Shown here: piece by piece, positions 25,389 to 32,000 of the stretch
How the letters are laid out: every line of letters starts with the position of its first letter
Numbering within the stretch: position 1 is the stretch's first letter
Origin: Candidatus Arthromitus sp. SFB-rat-Yit
GTDB lineage: Bacteria; Bacillota; Clostridia; Clostridiales; Clostridiaceae
DNA: 32,000 bases
Direction of reading: 5' to 3'
NCBI RefSeq assembly: GCF_000283555.1
Contig: NC_016012.1
Coordinates: forward strand, 1,380,001 to 1,412,000
Translations under genes and position numbers: made by a program
Notes under the pieces: generated by a model
What the model was told of the DNA's origin: nothing
What the model saw: the letters and a program-made list of their open reading frames with translations, nothing else
Database searches by the model: none

Positions 25389-25460
25389 AAAATAATAACA
25401 TATTAAAGATAAGGGAAGGCATTTAAATGCCTTCCCTTATCTTTAATATGTTATTATTTT
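25389..25460 (-). terminator. 72-bp perfect palindrome at the rplL 3' end; terminator/attenuator or RNase III processing hairpin
   Basis: AAAATAATAACATATTAAAGATAAGGGAAGGCATTT (25389-25424) is the exact reverse complement of 25425-25460; includes the rplL stop codon. Confidence 0.85.
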
Positions 25461-25813
25461 AATTCAATTGTAGCTCCAACCTCTTCTAGTTGAGCTTTAA
25501 TTTTTTCAGCTTCATCCTTAGAAACAGCTTCTTTTAATGTTTTTGGTGCTCCATCAACTATTTCCTTTGCTTCTTTAAGACCAAGCCCACATACTTCTTT
25601 TACAACTTTTACAACTTTTAATTTTTCTGATCCTGCATTAGTTAATATTACATCAAATTCAGTTTTTTCTTCGGCAGAAGTTCCCGCAACAGCTCCTACT
25701 ACTACAGGTGCAGACGCACTAACTCCAAATTCTTCCTCACACATCTTAACCAAATCATTTAATTCTAATACAGTCATGTTTTTAATCGCTTCAATTATCT
25801 GTTCTTTATTCAT
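25454..25813 (-). CDS. rplL: 50S ribosomal protein L7/L12
   Basis: [33 protein letters not shown]...[47 protein letters not shown]. Confidence 0.98.
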   Translation of the reverse strand: MNKEQIIEAIKNMTVLELNDLVKMCEEEFGVSASAPVVVGAVAGTSAEEKTEFDVILTNAGSEKLKVVKVVKEVCGLGLKEAKEIVDGAPKTLKEAVSKDEAEKIKAQLEEVGATIELK

Positions 25814-25837
25814 AAATATTATTCCTCCTAAAATAAA

Positions 25838-26335
25838 TTAATTTTCACTTTCTTTTTTATCTTTTATTGCACTAATTAAATATGCAAAATCTGCAATTGG
25901 AGATTTTATGCTACTAAGTAATTTTGATATAAGCACTTCTTTAGTTGGTATATTAGCAAGTTTTTGAAGTTTATCTTTATCATAATACTCTCCTTCAATT
26001 ATACCTGCTTTCAAATGAAAACTATTCAACCTTTCAGAAAATTCATTTAAGATTTTAGCTGGTGATACTATATCTTTATAACTAAAAGCTATAGATGTAG
26101 CTCCTTCCAAGTGCTCTATTAAAAAATCATATCCTAATTCTTTAGCTACAATCTTAATTAATCTATTTTTATAAACCTTATACTCAAGACCTAAATCTCT
26201 CATTCTTTTTCTCAATTCAGTATCTTGTTCTACATTTATTCCTTGGTAATTTGATAAAATTATAGCAGTCGCATCTTGAAATTTTTCTTTTATTTCAGTT
26301 ACTTTTTTAACCTTATTTAACATGTTCTTTGTCAA
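25838..26335 (-). CDS. rplJ: 50S ribosomal protein L10 (probable TTG start at 26333-26335, preceded by an AGGGGGGTG Shine-Dalgarno-like sequence)
   Basis: VTEIKEKFQDATAIILSNYQGINVEQDTELRKRMRDLGLEYKVYKNRLIKIA; between rplA and rplL. Confidence 0.95.
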   Translation of the reverse strand: MTKNMLNKVKKVTEIKEKFQDATAIILSNYQGINVEQDTELRKRMRDLGLEYKVYKNRLIKIVAKELGYDFLIEHLEGATSIAFSYKDIVSPAKILNEFSERLNSFHLKAGIIEGEYYDKDKLQKLANIPTKEVLISKLLSSIKSPIADFAYLISAIKDKKESEN

Positions 26336-26493
26336 ATTAATCGCACCCCCCTATATAAAAATAAAGCTCCTCTGAATCATTTAAGAGAAACCTTTTTAAT
26401 TAAATTTATATCATATTATAATTAAATAAGAAATTCTCCTAAATAGGCGTACAAAGTATTATCTAATTTAAAATTAGACCTATTATCTATGGA
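26336..26493 (-). ncRNA. Ribosomal protein L10 leader (rplJL autoregulatory leader)
   Basis: Minus RNA CCAUAGAUAAUAGG...GCCUAUUUAGGAG resembles the GUAGACAGnAGG...CCUGCCGAGG core of the Firmicute L10 leader; followed by competing antiterminator and terminator pairings. Confidence 0.75.
26352..26394 (-). terminator. Attenuator terminator within the rplJ leader
   Basis: Minus RNA AAGGUUUCUCU (26384-26394) / AGAGGAGCUUU (26363-26373), 11 bp including G-U pairs, 10-nt loop, then AUUUUUAUAUA. Confidence 0.65.
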
Positions 26494-27180
26494 TTAAATT
26501 ATTTTTGAAATATTTATCTTTACTGCAGGACTCATAGTACTGCAAACTGAAACACTTTTTATGTACTGACCTTTCGATGAAGCAGGTTTAGATTTTATTA
26601 TAGCTGACATTATAGTATTAAAATTTTCTAATAATGATTCAATAGAAAATGTTTTTTTGCCAATTCCAACATGAATTATAGCAGTCTTATCTATTCTATA
26701 CTCAACTTTACCAGATTTTATTTCTGAAACAGTTTTGCTTATATCAAGGGTAACTGTTCCTGATTTAGGGTTAGGCATCAAACCTTTTGGTCCTAACAAT
26801 TTTCCAATTCTTCCAACAACACCCATCATATCTGGAGTAGCAACTATTATATCAAAGTCAAACCAATTCTCATTTTGTATTTTATTTATTAATTCTTGAT
26901 CTCCAACATAATCAGCTCCAGAATCAATAGCTTCTTTAGCTTTATCACCTTTAGCAAATACCAATATTTTCACATTCTTCCCTGTTCCATTTGGTAATAA
27001 TACAGTCCCTCTAACCTGTTGATCTGCATGCCTTGGATCAACACCCAACTTTACATGCAACTCTATAGTCTCATCAAATTTAGCCTTAGCTACCTTAGAT
27101 ATAATTTCAAAAGCTTCTCTAGGGTTATAAAAATTATTTTTATCAATTAGCTTCATGCTTTCTAAATAATTCTTACTCAT
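26494..27180 (-). CDS. rplA: 50S ribosomal protein L1
   Basis: [27 protein letters not shown]...[33 protein letters not shown]-like sequence. Confidence 0.98.
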   Translation of the reverse strand: MSKNYLESMKLIDKNNFYNPREAFEIISKVAKAKFDETIELHVKLGVDPRHADQQVRGTVLLPNGTGKNVKILVFAKGDKAKEAIDSGADYVGDQELINKIQNENWFDFDIIVATPDMMGVVGRIGKLLGPKGLMPNPKSGTVTLDISKTVSEIKSGKVEYRIDKTAIIHVGIGKKTFSIESLLENFNTIMSAIIKSKPASSKGQYIKSVSVCSTMSPAVKINISKII

Positions 27181-27200
27181 TCAAATTCACCTCCCAATAA

Positions 27201-27629
27201 CTATTTATTTTCTATTTCTATGCCCATACTCCTAGCAGTTCCACATATCATATTCATAGCAGAATCAATATCCGCAGCATTCAAATCATTAAATTTCAAC
27301 TCAGCAATTTCTTTAACTTTATCCATTCCAATTTTACCAACTTTAACTTTATTAGACTCCGAAGACCCTTTTTCAATACCAACAGCCTTCATAAGTAATA
27401 CGGCAGCTGGTGGAGTTTTCATTATAAAGCTAAATGATTTATCTTGATACACAGAAATAACTACCGGTATTATTAAACCAGCTTTATCTGCAGTCTTAGC
27501 ATTAAACTCTTTACAGAATGCCATTATATTAACACCATGTTGACCTAGTGCAGGACCAACTGGTGGTGCTGGGGTTGCTTTACCTGCAGGTAATTGTAAC
27601 TTTATCATACCCACTATTTTTTTAGCCAT
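27201..27629 (-). CDS. rplK: 50S ribosomal protein L11
   Basis: [43 protein letters not shown]. Confidence 0.98.
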   Translation of the reverse strand: MAKKIVGMIKLQLPAGKATPAPPVGPALGQHGVNIMAFCKEFNAKTADKAGLIIPVVISVYQDKSFSFIMKTPPAAVLLMKAVGIEKGSSESNKVKVGKIGMDKVKEIAELKFNDLNAADIDSAMNMICGTARSMGIEIENK

Positions 27630-27655
27630 GATTTATACCTCCTACAATTTTTATT

Positions 27656-28180
27656 TTATGATTTATCCAATTTACAAAAATCTATTTCTATAATATTACT
27701 ACCTATAACATCTATACTGGCTTTTATTTTTTTTTCATTATAATTTACTTCTCTTATTATAACACTCTGACCTTTCAAAATTCCAGACTTTATCTTAACA
27801 CTATTTCCTACTTTGTATAAACTATATCGATTTCCATCAGTATATGATTCTATAAATCTTACTTCTTCTTGATCTAACGGAACAGCTTCTTTCCCCGTAG
27901 GTCCAACAAATCCTGTGACTCCCCTTATATTACGCACCCTATACCACATTTCATCACTCATAGTCATTTTTACAAAAACATATCCTGGATAAACCTTTTT
28001 AGAAATCTTTTTAATTTTTCCGGAATTATTCTCTATAGTTTCATGTATTGGTACAACTATTTCTAGTATATACTCATGCAAACTATTGCTCTCAATTAAC
28101 TTTTCCAAACTATTTTTAACTTTATTCTCATATCCTGAATAAGTATGTAAAACGTACCAATTATATGACATATCACCCAT
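27656..28180 (-). CDS. nusG: Transcription termination/antitermination factor NusG
   Basis: NWYVLHTYSGYENKVKNSLEK...YPGYVFVKM...VRNIRGVTGFVGPTGKEAVPL; KOW VKIKSGILKGQSVII. Confidence 0.97.
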   Translation of the reverse strand: MGDMSYNWYVLHTYSGYENKVKNSLEKLIESNSLHEYILEIVVPIHETIENNSGKIKKISKKVYPGYVFVKMTMSDEMWYRVRNIRGVTGFVGPTGKEAVPLDQEEVRFIESYTDGNRYSLYKVGNSVKIKSGILKGQSVIIREVNYNEKKIKASIDVIGSNIIEIDFCKLDKS

Positions 28181-28201
28181 AGATAATCTCCCTAAAATTT
28201 A

Positions 28202-28405
28202 TTATCTAAATAACAAATTAAAAACTTGCTTTAATATCCAATCAAAAAAACCTATATAAATTATATATAAAAAAACAAATATCAAAACAATTCCGCTAGT
28301 ACTTTTAAATTCTTCAGATTTAGGCCAAGTAATATTTTTAAATTCCTTAAAAACTCCGTAGAACAAATTTTCTTTTTTATCACTTTTGTTTTTTACATTA
28401 CCCAA
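28202..28405 (-). CDS. secE: Protein translocase subunit SecE
   Basis: FYGVFKEFKNITWPKSEEF + single TM; between rpmG and nusG. Confidence 0.93.
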   Translation of the reverse strand: MGNVKNKSDKKENLFYGVFKEFKNITWPKSEEFKSTSGIVLIFVFLYIIYIGFFDWILKQVFNLLFR

Positions 28406-28424
28406 CTAAAGCTCTCCTCAAATA

Positions 28425-28574
28425 CTATTTTGTTTCCTTGTGTGATACATGTTCTTTGCAAAATTTACAATACTTTTTCAATTCTACTCTATCAGGATTA
28501 TTTTTTTTGTTTTTAACTGTAGTATAATTCCGTTGCCTACATGTAACACAAGCCAATGTTATATTAATCCTCAT
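28425..28574 (-). CDS. rpmG: 50S ribosomal protein L33 (49 aa, absent from the ORF track)
   Basis: Hand translation: [49 protein letters not shown]; two CxxC motifs. Confidence 0.96.
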   Translation of the reverse strand: MRINITLACVTCRQRNYTTVKNKKNNPDRVELKKYCKFCKEHVSHKETK

Positions 28575-28607
28575 TAAATACGCACCCCCAAACTTTAACT
28601 ATACCTT

Positions 28608-28636
28608 AAAATATCATATAAAAATTTATTTGTCAA
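28608..28636 (-). promoter_or_regulatory. Putative promoter for rpmG-secE-nusG-rplKAJL
   Basis: Minus strand TTGACA (28631-28636) - 17 bp ending TGA - TATTTT (28608-28613); perfect -35, extended -10. Confidence 0.55.
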
Positions 28637-28638
28637 TA

Positions 28639-28670
28639 AGATCGTAAGCATCCTAATACACTCACGATCT
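28639..28670 (-). terminator. Hairpin after tuf copy 2; possible terminator
   Basis: Minus RNA AGAUCGUGAG (28661-28670) / CUUACGAUCU (28639-28648), 10 bp with one G-U, 12-nt loop; AU-rich but interrupted tail. Confidence 0.5.
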
Positions 28671-29895
28671 ACACACAAAACTATTTATTTATTTTAGAAA
28701 CAACTCCAGATCCTACCGTTCTTCCACCTTCTCTTATAGCAAATCTTAATCCTTCATCCATTGCTATAGGAGTTATTAACTCAACTTCCATATCTATGTG
28801 GTCACCTGGCATTACCATCTCTTTTCCTTCTGGTAATTTTATATTCCCTGTAACATCTGTTGTTCTAAAATAAAATTGAGGTCTATATCCATCAAAGAAA
28901 GGCTTATGTCTCCCACCTTCTTCTTTCTTAAGAACATACACCTGCCCTATGAAATTAGTATGTGGGTTCACTGTTCCAGGTTTCGCTAATACCTGACCTC
29001 TTTCTATATCAGATCTCTGAATACCCCTTAATAAGGCTCCTATATTATCTCCTGCCTGTGCTTCATCTAATAATTTCCTAAACATTTCTATACCAGTAAT
29101 TACTGTCTTGCTCTTCTCTTCTTTTAATCCAATTATTTCTACCTCTTCTTGTACTTTTAATATTCCTGTTTCTACTCTTCCTGTTGCTACTGTTCCTCTT
29201 CCTGTTATAGTAAATACATCCTCAACTGGCATCAAAAACGGCTTATCTGTAGCTCTCTCAGGTGTAGGAATATAACTGTCCACCGCATCCATTAATTCCA
29301 TTATACAAGCCGTAGCTTCAGAGTCAGTAGGATTCTCCAAAGCTCTCAACGCTGATCCCTTTATAATCGGTGTGTCATCTCCTGGGAATTTATACTCGTT
29401 TAATAAATCTCTTACTTCCATCTCTACTAATTCTAATAACTCTTCGTCATCAACCATGTCTGCTTTATTCAAAAATACAACTATATAATCAACTCCTACC
29501 CTAGAAGCTAATAATATGTGCTCTCTAGTTTGTGGCATAGGTCCATCAGCTGCAGATACAACCAATATAGCTCCATCCATTTGCGCTGCTCCTGTTATCA
29601 TGTTCTTAACGTAATCAGCGTGTCCAGGACAGTCAACATGCGCATAATGTCTTCCATCTGTTTCATACTCAACGTGTGCTGTATTTATTGTTATTCCTCT
29701 CTCTTTTTCTTCAGGCGCTTTATCTATTTCATCATATTTAAACGCTTCTGCATACCCTTTATTTGCTAAAACTGTTGTAATAGCTGCTGTCAATGTAGTC
29801 TTCCCATGGTCAACATGTCCTATAGTACCTATATTAACATGTGGTTTATTCCTCTCAAATTTAGCTTTTGACATATCTATCAAATACCTCCTATT
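28669..29895. repeat. Direct repeat copy B (tuf region)
   Basis: See 13431-14657; about 1227 bp, reads as identical. Confidence 0.92.
28681..29874 (-). CDS. tuf: Elongation factor Tu, copy 2 (protein identical to copy 1)
   Basis: Same 400-residue ORF translation as 13443..14645; preferred ATG start at 29874. Confidence 0.98.
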   Translation of the reverse strand: MSKAKFERNKPHVNIGTIGHVDHGKTTLTAAITTVLANKGYAEAFKYDEIDKAPEEKERGITINTAHVEYETDGRHYAHVDCPGHADYVKNMITGAAQMDGAILVVSAADGPMPQTREHILLASRVGVDYIVVFLNKADMVDDEELLELVEMEVRDLLNEYKFPGDDTPIIKGSALRALENPTDSEATACIMELMDAVDSYIPTPERATDKPFLMPVEDVFTITGRGTVATGRVETGILKVQEEVEIIGLKEEKSKTVITGIEMFRKLLDEAQAGDNIGALLRGIQRSDIERGQVLAKPGTVNPHTNFIGQVYVLKKEEGGRHKPFFDGYRPQFYFRTTDVTGNIKLPEGKEMVMPGDHIDMEVELITPIAMDEGLRFAIREGGRTVGSGVVSKINK

Positions 29896-29929
29896 ATAAA
29901 TTGCACGAATATTACTATGACTTGAGTAG

Positions 29930-29958
29930 ATTTTAATCTATTTGAAAATAAGTGTCAA
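29930..29958 (-). promoter_or_regulatory. Putative strong promoter for tuf copy 2
   Basis: Minus strand TTGACA (29953-29958) - 17 bp - TAAAAT (29930-29935) in the sigH-tuf intergenic region. Confidence 0.7.
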
Positions 29959-29993
29959 CATAATTAATAATCAATACTAGATATATTCCTTAT

Positions 29994-30635
29994 TTAATCT
30001 TTCTTAAAACATTTCAATAATTTTCTTTTTATTCTTTGTATAGCATTATCTATAGATTTAGGTTGTCGATCTAACAAATATGCTATTTGTTGGTAACTTC
30101 TACCTATAATGTAATAATGTAATACTATCTTTTCATATCTAGATAAGTTTCTTAAAACATGCCTTTCTATCTCATTTATTTGCTCTTTATCAACAAATAA
30201 ATCTTCAGGATCAGATATTCTTAATGATTCTGTAATATCTAATAGTGTTTTATCTGATTCATCATCATAAATGGGTTTATTTAAGGATATATATGTATTT
30301 AACGGTATATGTTTTTGTCTTGTAGCAGTTTTTATAGCTGTGATAATCTGCCTTGTTATACATAATTCGGCAAAACATTTAAAACTAGATAACTTATTAC
30401 TATTATAATCTCTAATAGCTTTATATAATCCGATTAATCCCTCTTGATATATATCCTCCTTATCTGCTCCTATAAGGAAGTAAGATTTTGATTTTAACTG
30501 TATAAACTTTTTATATTTATTAATAAGTATTTCTATTGACTTACTATCGCCTTGTTTAGCTTTACTTAAAATAAACTCCTCTTCTATATCATAATTAGTA
30601 TTCAAATCATCTATATCAAACGAGCTATTAATCAT
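29994..30635 (-). CDS. sigH: Sigma-70 family RNA polymerase sigma factor, SigH-like (sporulation/transition-phase type)
   Basis: SKAKQGDSKSIEILINKYKKFIQLKSKSYFLIGADKEDIYQEGLIGLYKAIRDYN; RQIITAIKTATRQKHIPLN; C-terminal HTH; follows yacP as in Bacillus/Clostridium. Confidence 0.88.
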   Translation of the reverse strand: MINSSFDIDDLNTNYDIEEEFILSKAKQGDSKSIEILINKYKKFIQLKSKSYFLIGADKEDIYQEGLIGLYKAIRDYNSNKLSSFKCFAELCITRQIITAIKTATRQKHIPLNTYISLNKPIYDDESDKTLLDITESLRISDPEDLFVDKEQINEIERHVLRNLSRYEKIVLHYYIIGRSYQQIAYLLDRQPKSIDNAIQRIKRKLLKCFKKD

Positions 30636-30651
30636 TTATTCACTCCTTAAA

Positions 30652-31167
30652 TTACTTAATTCTTCTTATATTTTCTAATTTCTGAACAATATCATCACTT
30701 AAATTATCAACAAATAAAAATCCAGAATTTTTATAATTGTTTTCATTTATTTCTTTATTTATTTTTTTATTAACTCTGTGCACATCATCATAAAACTCTA
30801 AACTGGACATTCTATAAGCACCTCTTTGAAAGATAATCTGTTGTTCCATAAAATCAGAAGTAACCACTATAATCTCAACTTTTTTGGCAGTATTATGAAC
30901 TATTTTTTCTATATATGTATCTGCAAATTCATCTTTATTAGTATATATTACACTTAAATTATCAGATATTTCTAATTTCCTTTCACCTGTAGAATTGGAA
31001 TTATATGCATCAAATATCAAAAATATCTTATATCCATTAAATACTGCATAATTCTCGATCACGTTTATAAGCTTATCTCTTATTATATCAAAATCTAAAT
31101 CTTTAATATTTTTGAAATTAGGCCATGAATTTATTACATTATATGCATCAACAAAAATAATTTTCAC
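30652..31167 (-). CDS. NYN-domain (YacP/Rae1-like) ribonuclease family protein; probable GTG start at 31165-31167
   Basis: VKIIFVDAYNVINSWPNFKN...; acidic NYN-type motifs (VDAYN, IIVVTSD); this start removes the overlap with rlmB seen in the track ORF. Confidence 0.85.
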   Translation of the reverse strand: MKIIFVDAYNVINSWPNFKNIKDLDFDIIRDKLINVIENYAVFNGYKIFLIFDAYNSNSTGERKLEISDNLSVIYTNKDEFADTYIEKIVHNTAKKVEIIVVTSDFMEQQIIFQRGAYRMSSLEFYDDVHRVNKKINKEINENNYKNSGFLFVDNLSDDIVQKLENIRRIK

Positions 31168-31171
31168 TATA

Positions 31172-31912
31172 TCAATACCTACTTTGAATATTTTTAATCT
31201 CATACATTATAATACCTGCTGCTACAGAAACATTAAAAGAATCAATTTTACCATACATAGGAATTTTAACCTTAACATCACAAAATGTTAGAAGCTCTTT
31301 ATCCACACCCGTTTCCTCATTACCTATAATTAAAACTATCGGATATTTGTAATTTATATCACTTAAATTTATTTTAGTATTTAAGCTTGTTGCAATAATT
31401 TTAAATCCTATATCCTTAAATTTTAATATGACATTTGGGATATTATTTGCTCTACATATATTCAGGTGCGCTACTGCTCCCATAGATGTTTTCCATACAG
31501 TATTATTTACATCACAACTTCTTTTTTGTGGTATAATTATATTTTTTATTCCCATAATTTCTGCAGTTCTTAATATAGATCCTAAATTTCTAGGATCCTG
31601 TATACTATCCAAAATTAATACAATTTCATCACTTTCATTATCTACATTATTTATAATTTCATTTATTTTAAAATATTTGTATTCCGGTATTCTAACTGCA
31701 ATCCCTTGATGCACCCCATAATTGCATAGTATATTCATATCATTACTATATATGCTTTTTATATTTATACATTTTTTCTTAGCATATTCTAAAATTTTTA
31801 AAACTTTATCCTGTTTTATATTCTTACTTATGTATATTTCTGATATTTCAAGATCACTATTTATAACTTCTTGCACTACTTTTCTTCCATAAATAATGTT
31901 TTTTCTCCCCAA
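31172..31912 (-). CDS. rlmB: 23S rRNA (guanosine-2'-O-)methyltransferase RlmB family (SPOUT/TrmH)
   Basis: IYGRKVVQEV, LDSIQDPRNLGSILRTAEIMGIKNIIIP, LIIGNEETGVDKELL, IPMYGKIDSFNVSVAAGIIMYE. Confidence 0.93.
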   Translation of the reverse strand: MGRKNIIYGRKVVQEVINSDLEISEIYISKNIKQDKVLKILEYAKKKCINIKSIYSNDMNILCNYGVHQGIAVRIPEYKYFKINEIINNVDNESDEIVLILDSIQDPRNLGSILRTAEIMGIKNIIIPQKRSCDVNNTVWKTSMGAVAHLNICRANNIPNVILKFKDIGFKIIATSLNTKINLSDINYKYPIVLIIGNEETGVDKELLTFCDVKVKIPMYGKIDSFNVSVAAGIIMYEIKNIQSRY

Positions 31913-31926
31913 AATAAATCTACTCC

Positions 31927-32000
31927 TTAAATTAGTTTAAATATCTCATCAAATATAAAGTCCAATCTTTTAAAATCCCCAACCATATATAAATATCCTA
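31927..32000 (-). CDS. C-terminal fragment, probably Mini-ribonuclease III (MrnC); start lies outside the window
   Basis: Hand translation ...GYLYMVGDFKRLDFIFDEIFKLI*; resembles the C-terminal end of MrnC, which commonly precedes rlmB in Firmicutes; very short. Confidence 0.5.
   Translation of the reverse strand, partial: GYLYMVGDFKRLDFIFDEIFKLI

Noticed and set aside
30652-31203. Apparent 32-bp overlap between the yacP-like ORF and rlmB
   Set aside because: Caused by the longest-ORF rule; a GTG start at 31165-31167 (VKIIFVDAYNVI) matches the family N-terminus and removes the overlap

Overview
This is a 32 kb AT-rich window from a Firmicute, most likely Clostridia-like. All supported genes lie on the minus strand. 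Read in the direction of transcription (right to left), the order is: mrnC-like fragment, rlmB, yacP/NYN, sigH-like sigma factor, tuf (copy 2), rpmG, secE, nusG, rplK, rplA, rplJ, rplL, rpoB, rpoC, rpsL, rpsG, fusA, tuf (copy 1), rpsJ-rplC-rplD-rplW-rplB-rpsS-rplV-rpsC-rplP-rpmC-rpsQ-rplN-rplX-rplE-rpsN-rpsH-rplF-rplR-rpsE-rpmD-rplO-secY-adk-map-infA-rpmJ-rpsM-rpsK-rpsD (5' part). This is conserved housekeeping synteny. I see no defence system, mobile element, CRISPR array or novel gene system. The plus-strand ORFs look like antisense shadows. The interesting content is regulatory: (1) a perfect 72-bp palindrome over the end of rplL, directly followed by a consensus-like rpoBC promoter; (2) an L10-leader-like attenuator with mutually exclusive terminator and antiterminator pairings upstream of rplJ; (3) two tuf copies that read as identical over about 1.23 kb, with identity ending inside the 3' hairpin; (4) a repeated arrangement of hairpins with 17-bp-spaced sigma-A-type promoters at module boundaries. 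rpmJ, rpmD, rpmG and the two partial genes at the window edges are not in the ORF track and were translated by hand.
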